Shown here: in pieces, positions 1-10,375 of the stretch
Numbering within the stretch: the stretch's first letter is position 1
Layout: every line of letters begins with the position of its first letter
Assembly (NCBI GenBank): GCA_016188475.1
Contig: JACPHT010000001.1
Coordinates: 138-64,137 of the forward strand
Reading direction: 5' to 3'
DNA length: 64,000 nucleotides
From: Candidatus Uhrbacteria bacterium
GTDB lineage: Bacteria; Patescibacteriota; Patescibacteriia; UBA9934; GWF2-40-263
Translations under genes and position numbers: made by a program
The notes under the pieces: generated by a model
Databases searched by the model: none
What the model saw: the letters and a program-made list of their open reading frames with translations, nothing else
Told to the model about the DNA's origin: nothing

Positions 1-14
1 CACCCACCGTGTAC

Positions 15-788
15 CTAAATCGCACAAGCTGTTCTTAAAGAAACTGATGGAATTATTGGAAAATGAGAGATTATAAATGATTCTAAAACTTCATGAAAAC
101 TATCAAGGTGTTCACCTTTCAAATGTGGCCGAGTTTGTGATTCAAACGACTCGCGAAGCGCGAATCGAATAAGCTTGAGGGTTTCATCTGAAATTGATCT
201 GGCTGAAAACCAGGCTTGTTGATTTGCGAGTGAACACGAATGACAAACAACTCCGCCTCGCAATGCGTGCCAATGATAATTCTGCGGTTCTATCAATTTA
301 TGACACGACAAACATAATTGAAGTTCCGGCCTATAACCGCAAACATCCATAAGTTTTAACATGAAAGAACCAAGCAAAAATCCAGCGCGTTCGTTGCTGA
401 TGGATTCTGTTGCGCAAAGAAATTCTAGCCAATCCTGCAAGAGCTCATACAAAACAGGATCGCGCTCCATTGGTTTTGTCGCAACATCAACAAGATGAAG
501 CGCGTTGCGCGCAAGTGTTAAATGATTCAAGCGATGATGTAAATTAAAAAACGAACGGTGGCGTTCCACTCCGGCGATAATTTGATATTGCCGACCATAC
601 ACAAGCAAGAGTTCAACTTCAGCGATCATCTCAAGATGCGGAGTAAGTTTCGCAAGCGACTTGTGTCCTCCTCGAGCGACAAATTCAATCTTGCCAAATT
701 CCGGAGTCAATGCCGTATACCATCTGTCAGTTTCTCTGAAGTCCCGACGTGAAAGAATAATTGCGGTTGTAGAATAAAGTGTGCTCAT
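15..788 (-). CDS. recO: DNA repair protein RecO
   Basis: N-terminal OB-fold motif (AIILSRRDFRETDR...GKIEFVARG) and CxxC...CxxC zinc finger. Start trimmed to ATG at 788. Confidence 0.9.
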   Translation of the reverse strand: MSTLYSTTAIILSRRDFRETDRWYTALTPEFGKIEFVARGGHKSLAKLTPHLEMIAEVELLLVYGRQYQIIAGVERHRSFFNLHHRLNHLTLARNALHLVDVATKPMERDPVLYELLQDWLEFLCATESISNERAGFLLGSFMLKLMDVCGYRPELQLCLSCHKLIEPQNYHWHALRGGVVCHSCSLANQQAWFSARSISDETLKLIRFALRESFESQTRPHLKGEHLDSFHEVLESFIISHFPIIPSVSLRTACAI

Positions 789-1020
789 AAAATCTCCACT
801 GATATAACCTGTCGTTTGTTCCAGTAGAGACAAACGGACCGACTTTTTCTTGGCCTTATACATAGTGTGGAGGCAGAAAAAGCGTTCCGTAACTGTCTCT
901 TGTGGATCTTTGTGGTTTATCGGCTGGTTGAAGGCTGAAGAGTAAGGTTTATAAGATCGTTCGGATCCTTTGTTCGCAGACATTTTCAGACTGTTAGCAC
1001 AAACGTTTGGCTCTTTGTGA

Positions 1021-1091
1021 TAGCGGTTGTGCTGTGTCGGAGGGAACAACGGCGAAGAGTCCGTTGGCCCGGAGACATGGTACAACCGCTA
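1021..1091 (+). repeat. Structured hairpin motif, copy 1 (homolog at 22581-22675 on - strand)
   Basis: Stem TAGCGGTTGTGC/GTACAACCGCTA enclosing core TGTCGGAGGGAACAACGGCGAAGAGTCCGTTGGCCCGGAGACA. Confidence 0.7.
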
Positions 1092-1170
1092 CTAATGCCT
1101 AATTTAGGCATTTGACTTTTCCCAGAGGCGGTCAAGAACAGAGGAACCGAATGATCTGACGAAAAGTCTT

Positions 1171-1563
1171 TCAGATTTTCTCAAAATAACTCTGTACAAT
1201 CAACATTGCTGAAAGTGCGTCTTCTTGCGCTTTTGAACCTTCTTCTTTTTGTAAACGAATACTTTCCGATGTCGTGTATGATTCATCCTCCTCAACAACA
1301 GGAATCGAAACTGCATCTTCGAGCGCGCGGATAAACTTGCGGGTTTTTTTAAGTTGCTCTGCACTATGATGACCGCCTGTTGAAAGTGGGACTCCAACAA
1401 CTATCACATCAATATCTTCACTGTTTACTCTTTCGGCAAAAACTCGAATCGTTTCAGTTCCAGCGTTTTGGACAACATCAAGAGGAACAGCAACTTCCGC
1501 ATCACTGTCTCCAAACGCAAGTCCGATTTTTTTATCACCATAATCAATACCAAGAATTCTCAT
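1171..1563 (-). CDS. ruvX: Holliday junction resolvase-like / pre-16S rRNA nuclease YqgF (RuvX)
   Basis: MRILGIDYGDKKIGLA, VVGVP and DESYTT motifs. Confidence 0.93.
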   Translation of the reverse strand: MRILGIDYGDKKIGLAFGDSDAEVAVPLDVVQNAGTETIRVFAERVNSEDIDVIVVGVPLSTGGHHSAEQLKKTRKFIRALEDAVSIPVVEEDESYTTSESIRLQKEEGSKAQEDALSAMLIVQSYFEKI

Positions 1564-2339
1564 ACAGGCAGTGGCGTTAAAATTTCTACTCCATTTTTTG
1601 TAACAGCTATTGTTACTTCAAAATGGCTTCCAAGCGACTTGTCTTTCATAACAATACTCCAACCATCTTTTGCTGTTTCAACTTCTGAATTTCCGCCAAG
1701 TCCGAACATTGGTTCAAGAGCGAGACACATTCCTTCAACAATTTTGACATCAGGATATTGCGCTGAAACAAAATTTGGGATATGCGGCTCTTCGTGAACA
1801 GCGTGTCCTACACCATGGCCAACAAGAGCGCGAACAATTCCGTATCTGTGAGGTTTCACAAAATTTTCAATCGCAGAGCTGATATCTTTGATTGATCCCC
1901 CAACTTGCGCGGCCCGAACTCCTTCATAAAGCGCGCCTTTTGTTACTTCCATGAGTCTTGTGGCTTCTGGTGAAACATTCCCGACAGGGACTGTCACTGC
2001 CATGTCAGTACATAAACCTTTATACCAACAACCAACATCAATTCCAACAATATCGCCTTCTTTCAAAATACGATCACGATTCCCACATCCATGCACAATT
2101 TCTTCATTCACGGAAATACAGAGTGTGCTTGGAAACGGAGTGTCGCCTTTGTTTGATTTGTATCCTTTGAATGACGGTTCTCCACCACCTTCGCGAATCA
2201 CGCGTTCAGCTATCGCATCCAAATCTTTCATATTCACGCCAGGGACAACAGAATCAACAACATCTTTCAGAGCTTTTGAAAGTAGTTGACCTCCTTGTCG
2301 CATGATTGAAATTTCGTCAGATGTTTTTATAAATGCCAT
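1560..2339 (-). CDS. map: Methionine aminopeptidase type I
   Basis: CISVNEEIVHG, GDIVGIDVG, GHGVG..VHEEP, LEPM, HFE metal ligands; lies after adk and secY. Confidence 0.97.
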   Translation of the reverse strand: MAFIKTSDEISIMRQGGQLLSKALKDVVDSVVPGVNMKDLDAIAERVIREGGGEPSFKGYKSNKGDTPFPSTLCISVNEEIVHGCGNRDRILKEGDIVGIDVGCWYKGLCTDMAVTVPVGNVSPEATRLMEVTKGALYEGVRAAQVGGSIKDISSAIENFVKPHRYGIVRALVGHGVGHAVHEEPHIPNFVSAQYPDVKIVEGMCLALEPMFGLGGNSEVETAKDGWSIVMKDKSLGSHFEVTIAVTKNGVEILTPLPV

Positions 2340-2365
2340 AGTGGTTCAGGTTTTGGGTTTTGGGT

Positions 2366-2986
2366 TCAAATAACTCCAATTATCCTCCCAAACACTTCTT
2401 CTGGACTTCCAACTCCATCAACATGATGAACTATTCCTTTCTTCTCATATTCCGCTATCACTGGCGATGTATCTTTTTCATAAATTTCCAATCGGCGATT
2501 GATTGCTTCTGGTTTATCATCATCACGAATCGTCCACTTCCCTCCGCACGAACACGAATCTCCGACTTTAATTCCATCGTTCACATTCCCAACTCTTCCG
2601 CACACACTGCATGTAATACGTCCACCCAAACGTTTGAGAGATTCTTCGCGCGGAATATCAATCACGATAACGTGAGTTGGGATATCAAAATCAAACGTCG
2701 CTAACTGCGACAGGTTGCGAGGATAGCCGTCGAGAACATATCCGTTTTGGGTGTCCGATTTTTGCAAACGCAATTTCAATAAATGAGCGGCATCTTCATC
2801 AGAAACCAAAATACCTTGGTTAATGATCGATTTTAATTTTTTACCTGTTTCTGAACCTGTTGCGACTTCGTCACGAATTAACTGGCCCATTGCAAACGAC
2901 GGTATTCCAAACTTTACTGACAATTTTTCGGCTTGTGTTCCCTTACCACTTCCTTGCGGACCCATTAGAAGGATTTTGTATAACAT
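2366..2986 (-). CDS. adk: Adenylate kinase
   Basis: GPQGSGKGTQA P-loop, LDGYPR, Zn-lid cysteines, RDDD. Confidence 0.95.
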   Translation of the reverse strand: MLYKILLMGPQGSGKGTQAEKLSVKFGIPSFAMGQLIRDEVATGSETGKKLKSIINQGILVSDEDAAHLLKLRLQKSDTQNGYVLDGYPRNLSQLATFDFDIPTHVIVIDIPREESLKRLGGRITCSVCGRVGNVNDGIKVGDSCSCGGKWTIRDDDKPEAINRRLEIYEKDTSPVIAEYEKKGIVHHVDGVGSPEEVFGRIIGVI

Positions 2987-3111
2987 ACCTGACGAGTATA
3001 GCAAAAAAGTAGCAAAGTGGCATAGTAGCAAAGTGGCAGAGGGGGAAAAAATAAAAACGCGATTTCGCGCGTTTTTTCAATTCCACTCACCACTACACTT
3101 TCACCACTTTT

Positions 3112-4374
3112 TTACACATCATACTCTCTCATCGACAACTGTGCTTCTATTTGCTTAATCGCGTCAATAACAACCGAAACAATGATTAAAATTGAAGTTC
3201 CACCAATCACCAAGTTTGGATTGCCAGTGGCTTGTTTAACGATTAAAGGCAAAACAGCAATCACAGAAAGAAATGTTGCACCAAGAAGTAGGATTCGATT
3301 TGAAACCAACCCAAGATAGTCTGATGTATTTTTCCCAGGACGAATACCTGGAATGAACCCGCCCTGTTTTTGAAGATTTTCAGCGACTTGTTCGGGATGA
3401 AAAATAACTGCTGTATAAAAATACGCAAACAAAAACACTAATACGAAATAACTGATGCCGTAAAATAATTGATTTTGGAATAGTTGAACTGTTTGCTCTG
3501 CAATGTTTCGCAATAATTCTGTTTTCGCGCCCAAGAAAAATTGCGCGATAACAGTTGGAAACAAAATTATCGAAATCGCAAAAATAATTGGAATAACACC
3601 GCTCATATTCAGTCGAAGTGGAATGTGTGAAGTCACAGCTCCTGACAAACGCGCGCCCTGAATGTGACGGGCATATTGAACAGGAATGTTTCTCTGTGCT
3701 TCATTCATGATGACGATTCCTATGATTGTTATAATCGCAACAACGACAAACAAAATGAGCGTGATAAGTTGAGAGCGATCATAAACCGATAATGTCTGGC
3801 TCAAAAGAGTTGGAAGTCCGGCAATAATTCCAGCCAAAATCAAAATAGAAATTCCGTTTCCAACATTCTTTTCTGAAATCAACTCTCCAATCCACATCAA
3901 AAAAATTGTTCCAGCAGTCATTGAAAGAATCGCAAACAACATTGTGATAATATCTTTGTCTTGAAAAAACGATCCCTTTTGCGACATCAAAATAATAAGA
4001 CCGTAACCTTGAATAAATCCAAGAGGAACTGTCGCAAGTCGTGTCCATTGATTCATTTTTTGACGACCCTGTTCTTCCTTCTGCATTTCCTCAAGTGAAG
4101 GAATAATCATCGCCAGCAACTGAAAAATAATCGACGCTGTGATATATGGCGCAACTCCCATTGCGACAATCGAAAAATTTTTTAGTGTGCCTCCTGAAAA
4201 GATATTAAGAAGACCAAAAAGTTGATTTCCAGAAAAAAGATCTTTAAGAGCAGACGCGTCAATGCCAGGAACAGGAATATGCGCGGCAATTCGAAACACA
4301 ATCAGCATGAGAATCACGAACAAAATGCTTTTGCGCACTTCGCGTGTTTTCCAAATGCGAATGATTGTGTTCAT
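3112..4374 (-). CDS. secY: Preprotein translocase subunit SecY
   Basis: HIPVPG, FSGG, GVAPYITASII, GNGISILI, IPGIRPG motifs; multi-TM. Confidence 0.98.
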   Translation of the reverse strand: MNTIIRIWKTREVRKSILFVILMLIVFRIAAHIPVPGIDASALKDLFSGNQLFGLLNIFSGGTLKNFSIVAMGVAPYITASIIFQLLAMIIPSLEEMQKEEQGRQKMNQWTRLATVPLGFIQGYGLIILMSQKGSFFQDKDIITMLFAILSMTAGTIFLMWIGELISEKNVGNGISILILAGIIAGLPTLLSQTLSVYDRSQLITLILFVVVAIITIIGIVIMNEAQRNIPVQYARHIQGARLSGAVTSHIPLRLNMSGVIPIIFAISIILFPTVIAQFFLGAKTELLRNIAEQTVQLFQNQLFYGISYFVLVFLFAYFYTAVIFHPEQVAENLQKQGGFIPGIRPGKNTSDYLGLVSNRILLLGATFLSVIAVLPLIVKQATGNPNLVIGGTSILIIVSVVIDAIKQIEAQLSMREYDV

Positions 4375-4376
4375 AA

Positions 4377-4820
4377 TTATTTGATCGCGATTACAACCCC
4401 GCCGGCTTTTTCAATTTTTTGTTTTGCAACTTGAGAAACTTCGCACCCTTCAATAGTTAACGAGATTCCTATCTCTCCTGACCCTAAAATCTTAACACCA
4501 GAATCAATTTCAGTCACTAAACCTTTTTGTTGTAATAGTTTCTTTGTAACTTTCGCGCCATTTACAAAATATTTTGCAAGCTCTAACACATTAACGACAC
4601 TTGGTTTTGCGGCTATACTCTGAAACCCGCGATGTTTTGGAGTCGAAAGCATTATGCCTCGCAAACCTCTCAATTTTAGACCTGAACGACCGCCAGAACG
4701 CGCGCGTTGACCTTTCACGCCACGACCAGAGTACGAACCTGTTGATCCCAAACCACGTCCAACTCTCTTTTTGGCCGTTCTAGATCCTTTTTTTGGTTTT
4801 AGTGTTTCAAGTGACAACAT
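4377..4820 (-). CDS. rplO: 50S ribosomal protein L15
   Basis: KRVGRG...GRGVKGQRARSG; operon position. Confidence 0.97.
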   Translation of the reverse strand: MLSLETLKPKKGSRTAKKRVGRGLGSTGSYSGRGVKGQRARSGGRSGLKLRGLRGIMLSTPKHRGFQSIAAKPSVVNVLELAKYFVNGAKVTKKLLQQKGLVTEIDSGVKILGSGEIGISLTIEGCEVSQVAKQKIEKAGGVVIAIK

Positions 4821-4823
4821 AAG

Positions 4824-5489
4824 TTATTCGTTTGTGATTGATTTGATTTCTTCAATTTCAATTTTCTTATTCATTCTCTTTCCTTTGCTTCCAAATTGCT
4901 GAAGAGCTGAAAGCGCGGCTCGCGCAATGTTGATTTTATTTGAAGAATTGAGAACACGCGATACAACGTTTGGAACCCCAGCATATTCAAGTACGGTTCG
5001 CACAGCTCCACCGGATTTCAAACCTGTTCCTTTTGGCGCTGGTTTGAGCAAAACAATCGCTGAACCGTCTTTTACTAAAACATCATGCGGAATAGTTTCG
5101 TTTTCAATCGGAACTGTGATGATATTTTTCTTTGCTTGTCGATAAGCTTTTTCAACAGCGATTTGAACGTCCGCGCCCTTTGCAATTCCAAGACCGACCT
5201 TTCCCTTTTTATCGCCGATCACAAGCGCGGCGCGGAAAGACATTCGTTTCCCTCCGGCAGTAACACGAGTAACACGCGCTAAATCCAAAATCTTTTGTTC
5301 ATATTCTCGAACTTGTTGGGTTTTCCCTCGCGCCCTGCCACGACTTCCACTACTTTCCCCACCACGACGATTTCCACTTCGATTTCTTTGATCTCCACCA
5401 CCTCTTGAATTTCGATTACCTGAACGTGGCGCAACTTGTTTTGTTGGTTCAGTGGTTTGTGCTTGAATTGTTGGTTGCTGTTCTGTCAT
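4824..5489 (-). CDS. rpsE: 30S ribosomal protein S5 (long R/G-rich N-terminal extension)
   Basis: RVTRVTAGGKRMSFRAALVIGD, PAPKGTG. Start trimmed to ATG at 5489. Confidence 0.97.
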   Translation of the reverse strand: MTEQQPTIQAQTTEPTKQVAPRSGNRNSRGGGDQRNRSGNRRGGESSGSRGRARGKTQQVREYEQKILDLARVTRVTAGGKRMSFRAALVIGDKKGKVGLGIAKGADVQIAVEKAYRQAKKNIITVPIENETIPHDVLVKDGSAIVLLKPAPKGTGLKSGGAVRTVLEYAGVPNVVSRVLNSSNKINIARAALSALQQFGSKGKRMNKKIEIEEIKSITNE

Positions 5490-5490
5490 A

Positions 5491-5847
5491 TTATATCTTG
5501 AGTCCGCCTTCTCGCGCACCTTCTGCAATAGCGGCAACGCGTCCATGATAGCGATAAGAGCCTCTGTCAAATACTGCTTGCTTCAAACCTTTTGCAACAG
5601 CTTTCTCTGCTAATTTTTTTCCAACCTCTTTTGCAATATCAACAGGTTTTGCTTTGGCTTCAACATCTTTATCTGAAGATGAAACAAGTGTTTTCCCTGA
5701 CGTGTCATCAATTAGCTGTGCGTAGATGTGCTTCAAACTTCGCTTAACGCTCAAACGAGGACAATCAAAAGTACCAGAAATTCGCGCGCGTGTTCTGTGT
5801 GCGCGTCGCAAAGCGTGGACCTGTTTGAGTTTGATATTTTTTGACAT
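5491..5847 (-). CDS. rplR: 50S ribosomal protein L18
   Basis: [31 protein letters not shown]. Confidence 0.97.
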   Translation of the reverse strand: MSKNIKLKQVHALRRAHRTRARISGTFDCPRLSVKRSLKHIYAQLIDDTSGKTLVSSSDKDVEAKAKPVDIAKEVGKKLAEKAVAKGLKQAVFDRGSYRYHGRVAAIAEGAREGGLKI

Positions 5848-5861
5848 ACCTTTCAATCTAT

Positions 5862-6419
5862 TTACGCGGCAGCTTTCTGTGCCTTTCCAGATTTACGTCG
5901 AACTACTTCTCCAACATATTTAATTCCTTTTCCTTTATATGGTTCTGGTTTCCTAATTCGACGAATGTTAGCCGCGATTTCACCAACCAAATGTTTATCA
6001 GCGCCTTTAATCGTTATAATGTTGCCTTCAACTGAAGCTTCTATTCCTTTTGGGATAATGAAAGGAATTTCGTGCGAAAATCCGATGTTCAAAACAATAT
6101 CTTTTCCTTTCATGTTCACACGATAACCAACTCCATTTACTTCTAGCTGTATTGAAAAAACTTCAACAACTCCTTTAACCATGTTCTGCAAAATAGCTCG
6201 AGCTGTTCCCCATTGCGCTCGAACAAATTTGTCTGTTTCGTTAGCAACAGTCACAACAATATCTTTCTGTCCTTCTTTCTCATTCAAAACAACCTTAACA
6301 GCTGGATTGAACTCTTGTACGAGCTCCCCTTTTGGCCCTTTAACAGTTACTGTCTGTCCTTGAACAGACACCGTAACTCCGTTTGGAATTATTACTGGTT
6401 GTTTTCCAATGCGTGACAT
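5862..6419 (-). CDS. rplF: 50S ribosomal protein L6
   Basis: [25 protein letters not shown]. Confidence 0.98.
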   Translation of the reverse strand: MSRIGKQPVIIPNGVTVSVQGQTVTVKGPKGELVQEFNPAVKVVLNEKEGQKDIVVTVANETDKFVRAQWGTARAILQNMVKGVVEVFSIQLEVNGVGYRVNMKGKDIVLNIGFSHEIPFIIPKGIEASVEGNIITIKGADKHLVGEIAANIRRIRKPEPYKGKGIKYVGEVVRRKSGKAQKAAA

Positions 6420-6456
6420 ATGTTAGAAGAAAGAAGCAAGAAGCTAAAAGATAGAA

Positions 6457-6849
6457 TTATGAGATTTCACAGATTACTTCACCACCAAGTCTGCGTGCTC
6501 TCGCTTCTTTGTTAGTCATGAGTCCATTTGGTGTTGAAATAATTGCAATTCCAATATCAGACAACACGCGCGGTAGTTCAGTCGATTTCGCGTACACTCG
6601 ATTTCCAGGTTTGCTAACTCGCTTAATCATTCGAATGTATGGTTGTTTGTTGTCGTACTTCAAGACAAGGCGAAGTTCTGGAAACTTCTCACCTTTTATT
6701 TCTTCAACCTTTCCAATATACCCTTCGGCTTCTAATATTTTTGCAATATGAAATTTGATCTTCGATGATGGAAGAGTGATGACTTCTTTTTTAACTTGCT
6801 GCGCATTTCGAATGCGAGTAAGCATGTCTGAAATTGGATCTGTAATCAT
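6457..6849 (-). CDS. rpsH: 30S ribosomal protein S8
   Basis: TDPISDMLTRIRNA, SKPGNRVY, GGEVIC. Start ATG at 6849. Confidence 0.98.
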   Translation of the reverse strand: MITDPISDMLTRIRNAQQVKKEVITLPSSKIKFHIAKILEAEGYIGKVEEIKGEKFPELRLVLKYDNKQPYIRMIKRVSKPGNRVYAKSTELPRVLSDIGIAIISTPNGLMTNKEARARRLGGEVICEIS

Positions 6850-6855
6850 ATAGTG

Positions 6856-6977
6856 ATCTTTGCAAAACTCGAGATATTTCGACTTACGGGGCCCCACAAA
6901 TATCTCACCGTAATTTTCATTACGCCTCGACATTTGTCTCCCCCGTGCGTCGAAATCTCATCAAGTTTTGCAAAGAT
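6856..6977. repeat. ~122-bp element with terminal inverted repeats (MITE-like), copy 1, between rpsN and rpsH
   Basis: 14-bp perfect TIR ATCTTTGCAAAACT/AGTTTTGCAAAGAT; near-identical to 11569-11689. Confidence 0.85.
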
Positions 6978-6987
6978 CTAATAATAT

Positions 6988-7173
6988 TTACCAGCTTGAT
7001 TTTCTTATTCCAGGAATTTCACCTCGATTCGCAAGTTCGCGGAAACAAATACGGCACAATCCGAACACGCGAATATATCCACGGTGTCTGCCACATCGCC
7101 AACAGCGATTCACCGCGCGTGTGGAAAATTTAGGCTTTTGTCTGGATTTAGCAATTTGATTTTCCGTTGCCAT
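6988..7173 (-). CDS. rpsN: 30S ribosomal protein S14, zinc-binding type Z
   Basis: RCWRCGR...[10 protein letters not shown]; 61 aa. Confidence 0.97.
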   Translation of the reverse strand: MATENQIAKSRQKPKFSTRAVNRCWRCGRHRGYIRVFGLCRICFRELANRGEIPGIRKSSW

Positions 7174-7175
7174 AA

Positions 7176-7712
7176 TTATTTCGTAAGAGGGAGACCGAGA
7201 TGTTTAAGTAGAGCTTCCGCTTCTTTGTTAGACTTTGCTGTTGTTCCAATCGTTACTTGCAAACCATGGATCATTTCAATTTCATCACTTCTGATTTCTG
7301 GAAAGGCTGTATGTTCTTTAAAACCGATTGAGTAATTTCCATTTCCGTCAAAAGCTTTTGGTGAAAGCCCGCGAAAATCTCTAACACGCGGGAGCGACAC
7401 ATTCAAAAGCTTGTCCAAAAACGTCCACATTCTTTTTCCTCGCATTGTAACTTTCATTCCAACTACCATTCCTTCGCGAATTTTGAAAGCTGAAATTGAT
7501 TTGCGAGCAAGTGTCTTAACTGGTTTTTGACCAGTAATGCGTATTAACGTTTGTTCTGCTGTTTCCATGTACTTTGCATCTTTCAATCCTGGACCAATTC
7601 CAATATTAAGCGTAACTGCTTTCATATTTGGAACAGCGTTCACGTTTTTATACCCAAACTCTTTCATAAGTTTGGGAACGATTTCTTTTTTGTATGTCTC
7701 TTTCAAAGCCAT
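7176..7712 (-). CDS. rplE: 50S ribosomal protein L5
   Basis: [32 protein letters not shown]. Confidence 0.98.
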   Translation of the reverse strand: MALKETYKKEIVPKLMKEFGYKNVNAVPNMKAVTLNIGIGPGLKDAKYMETAEQTLIRITGQKPVKTLARKSISAFKIREGMVVGMKVTMRGKRMWTFLDKLLNVSLPRVRDFRGLSPKAFDGNGNYSIGFKEHTAFPEIRSDEIEMIHGLQVTIGTTAKSNKEAEALLKHLGLPLTK

Positions 7713-7715
7713 ATT

Positions 7716-8039
7716 TTATTCTACGTCCTCTTTTATACCTTTTGATTTGATCACACGAATTTTTCGTGTTTTTCCATCAGCTTCAATTTTTTTATATCCC
7801 ACCCTTCCACTTTTTCCACTTTTTGGTGAAATAAGTTTAACGTTTGAGACGTGAATAGGCGAAGCAAATTGAATTTTTTGTCCTGGCTGATTCGCTCGCT
7901 TTCGCAAGTGACGCGTCATCATGTTTATCCCCTCAACAACCACTCGTTCAACTTTTGGAAAAACCTGAATAATGACGCCTTCTTTCCCGCGATCTTTTCC
8001 TGTTAGGATTTTAACTTTGTCTCCTGTTTTGATTTTCAT
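7716..8039 (-). CDS. rplX: 50S ribosomal protein L24
   Basis: MKIKTGDKVKILTGKDRGKEG KOW motif, PIHVSNV. Confidence 0.97.
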   Translation of the reverse strand: MKIKTGDKVKILTGKDRGKEGVIIQVFPKVERVVVEGINMMTRHLRKRANQPGQKIQFASPIHVSNVKLISPKSGKSGRVGYKKIEADGKTRKIRVIKSKGIKEDVE

Positions 8040-8043
8040 ACTA

Positions 8044-8415
8044 TTACAAAACTTCAGGCGCCAGTGAGATAATTTTCGTATACCCGCCGGCACGCAACTC
8101 GCGAGCGATAGGTCCAAAGATGCGAGTACCTTTTGGTTCTTTTGTTTTTTTGTCAATTATAACAGCGGCGTTTTCACTGAAACGAATATACGTTCCGTCT
8201 TTTCTTCGAATTTCTTTGCATGTTCGCACGATTACTGCCGTAACAACATCGCTCTTTTTTACACTCGCATGTGGAACAGCTTCTTTAACAGACGCTACAA
8301 CAAGATCGCCGATAGTTGCATATCGTTTTTGATGTCCACCAAGTACGCGAATAACTCCCAGCTTTTTCGCGCCAGTGTTATCTGCAACTTTTAGCATTGA
8401 TCGAAGTTGTACCAT
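8044..8415 (-). CDS. rplN: 50S ribosomal protein L14
   Basis: [26 protein letters not shown]. Confidence 0.98.
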   Translation of the reverse strand: MVQLRSMLKVADNTGAKKLGVIRVLGGHQKRYATIGDLVVASVKEAVPHASVKKSDVVTAVIVRTCKEIRRKDGTYIRFSENAAVIIDKKTKEPKGTRIFGPIARELRAGGYTKIISLAPEVL

Positions 8416-8421
8416 ATAAGT

Positions 8422-8670
8422 TTATGCTGAACGAACAACAATCCATCTTTTTGTTTTAGAATATGGACGGCATTCTTGAAACACGACTGAATCTCCAATT
8501 TTATGTGCCTTTTTTTCATCATGTACGTGATACTTTTTGCTTCTTACGTAACGCTTTCCATATTTTGGATGAACAACTGTTCGATCAACACGAACCACGA
8601 TCGTCTTTTCCATTTTGTCAGAAACGACGATTCCTGTAAGAGATCGACAGTTGTGATTTTGTGTTGACAT
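8422..8670 (-). CDS. rpsQ: 30S ribosomal protein S17
   Basis: GIVVSDKMEKTIVV, HPKYGK, RPYSKTKRW. Confidence 0.97.
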   Translation of the reverse strand: MSTQNHNCRSLTGIVVSDKMEKTIVVRVDRTVVHPKYGKRYVRSKKYHVHDEKKAHKIGDSVVFQECRPYSKTKRWIVVRSA

Positions 8671-8672
8671 AT

Positions 8673-8858
8673 CTATTTAGCTAAAGGAAGAATTGATAGA
8701 ATGCGAGCGATTGTTTGTTTTGTCTTTCGAATATCGCGCACATTTTTTAATTGATTCGCAGAACGTTTGAACTCAAGTTCTTTAAGATGCGTTCTTGCAA
8801 GTTCAAGCTCGTGAACAAGTTCTTCTTTTGATTTTTCGCGTAAGGTTTTCATTTCCAT
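8673..8858 (-). CDS. rpmC: 50S ribosomal protein L29
   Basis: LREKSKEEL...IRKTKQTIARI; operon position. Confidence 0.93.
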   Translation of the reverse strand: MEMKTLREKSKEELVHELELARTHLKELEFKRSANQLKNVRDIRKTKQTIARILSILPLAK

Positions 8859-8862
8859 ATCT

Positions 8863-9282
8863 TTATTCTAACTCGCGTGAGATTATCCTTGTTCTGACTG
8901 GAAGCTTGTGCCCGGCAAGCGTAAGAGCTTTGCGAGCAAGTTCTTCATCAATTCCACCCATTTCAAACATTATTGTTCCTGGTCTCACAATTGCAACATA
9001 ATGATCAACCGCACCTTTTCCTTTTCCCATAGGCATTTCTGAACCTTTTGCGGTTACAGGCTTGTCTGGAAAAATGCGGATCCAAATTTTTCCGCCGCGC
9101 TTGATAGCGCGCGTCATTGCGCGTCTGGCAGCCTCAATTTGACGCGATGTTACCCATGCGCCTGTTGTGGCTTTAATGCCGAACGTTCCAAACGCAATTG
9201 CAATTTTTGTTGTTGCAACACGTTTGTTACGGGCTCGGCCCTTGTGCCATTTGCGATGTTTTACTTTTTTCGGAATAAGCAT
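8863..9282 (-). CDS. rplP: 50S ribosomal protein L16
   Basis: [31 protein letters not shown]. Confidence 0.98.
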   Translation of the reverse strand: MLIPKKVKHRKWHKGRARNKRVATTKIAIAFGTFGIKATTGAWVTSRQIEAARRAMTRAIKRGGKIWIRIFPDKPVTAKGSEMPMGKGKGAVDHYVAIVRPGTIMFEMGGIDEELARKALTLAGHKLPVRTRIISRELE

Positions 9283-9303
9283 ACTAATCTTTTCGTCTCA
9301 CTT

Positions 9304-9966
9304 TTAACTTTTCTCTTCTTCTCCCCTTTCAAACACCTCACCTCTGTTTATCCATACCTTTACTCCAATTGCTCCCCAGATAGTTTGAGCTTTGACTGAA
9401 GCAAAATCTATGTCTGAACGAAGATTATGAAGTGGGGTTTTTCCTTGAGATATCATTTCTGTGCGAGCAATTTCAGCGCCATTTAATCTTCCACTGATAA
9501 TCACCTTTGCGCCTTGCGCGCCCGCTTTAATTACACGCTCTACCGCTGACTTCATAACACGTCGAAACGGCATGCGCTTTTCAATTTCGAAAGCCATCTG
9601 TTGAGCAACCACGTTCGCGCAAAGAGATGATTGTTTCAACTCTTTTACGTTGATGCCAATCCCAACTCGCTTTCCGCGATAAAACTCATTCTTAAGTTTA
9701 CGTGTCAAATCTTCAATTCCGGCTCCAGCTCTTCCAATTATAAGACCTGGCTTTGATGCAAAAATTGAAATTTTCAAATCTTGTCGTGAACGTTCCATTT
9801 CAATGCGATCAATCAACGCTTCTTTGAGTTCCTTTTTTAAAAACGCGCGAATTTTAACGTCTTCAGAAAGATTTTGTTTGAATTGTTTTCGATTAGCAAA
9901 CCAGACCGCGTCCCAGCCGCGGGTGACACCTAGTCTGAATACTCGTGGATGTACTTTGTGTCCCAT
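9304..9966 (-). CDS. rpsC: 30S ribosomal protein S3
   Basis: MGHKVHP, KPGLIIGRAG KH domain, SGRLNGAEIAR. Confidence 0.98.
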   Translation of the reverse strand: MGHKVHPRVFRLGVTRGWDAVWFANRKQFKQNLSEDVKIRAFLKKELKEALIDRIEMERSRQDLKISIFASKPGLIIGRAGAGIEDLTRKLKNEFYRGKRVGIGINVKELKQSSLCANVVAQQMAFEIEKRMPFRRVMKSAVERVIKAGAQGAKVIISGRLNGAEIARTEMISQGKTPLHNLRSDIDFASVKAQTIWGAIGVKVWINRGEVFERGEEEKS

Positions 9967-9967
9967 A

Positions 9968-10366
9968 TTATTTTTCAAGACCTTCTAACTTCTTCAGCTT
10001 CTTTAACTTCTTCAGTTTCTTTTTTTGAATATCTTTTACTTCGTCCAGCACAATCATTATATGTGTTGATCTCTTTCGAATCGGCGAAGAACGTCCCATC
10101 GCTTTTGAAGTCCAGCGATGCAATGTTTGACCATCATTTCCAACAATTTCTTTCACATACAAAGTCGCTTCATCCAGTTTAAAATTATTCTTTGCGTTTG
10201 CAATCGCTGAATTCAAAAGTTTTAGAACTGGCATAGCAGCCTCTTTTTTGATGAATTTCAATTGTGCTTGCGCTTCAGTTACTTTCTTGCCACGAATGAC
10301 GTCAATAACTAATCGAACTTTCCGTGGTGAAATGCGCACTGAACGCGCGCTTGCCTTTACTTCCAT
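9968..10366 (-). CDS. rplV: 50S ribosomal protein L22
   Basis: RISPRKVRLVID, SAIANA, IRKRSTHI. Confidence 0.97.
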   Translation of the reverse strand: MEVKASARSVRISPRKVRLVIDVIRGKKVTEAQAQLKFIKKEAAMPVLKLLNSAIANAKNNFKLDEATLYVKEIVGNDGQTLHRWTSKAMGRSSPIRKRSTHIMIVLDEVKDIQKKKLKKLKKLKKLEGLEK

Positions 10367-10375
10367 ATATATAGA

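Noticed and set aside
789-1085. 99-aa N-terminal extension of RecO
   Set aside because: RecO homology starts at 788, and the extension crosses hairpin-rich spacer DNA.
4820-4824. Absence of rpmD (L30) as a novelty
   Set aside because: Known general trait of CPR bacteria; used only as taxonomic evidence.
9968-10030. Frameshift in the L22 tail (KKLKKLKKL vs alternative frame ETEEVKEAEEV)
   Set aside because: It lies outside the conserved domain at a homopolymer run; cannot be decided without reads and has little consequence.
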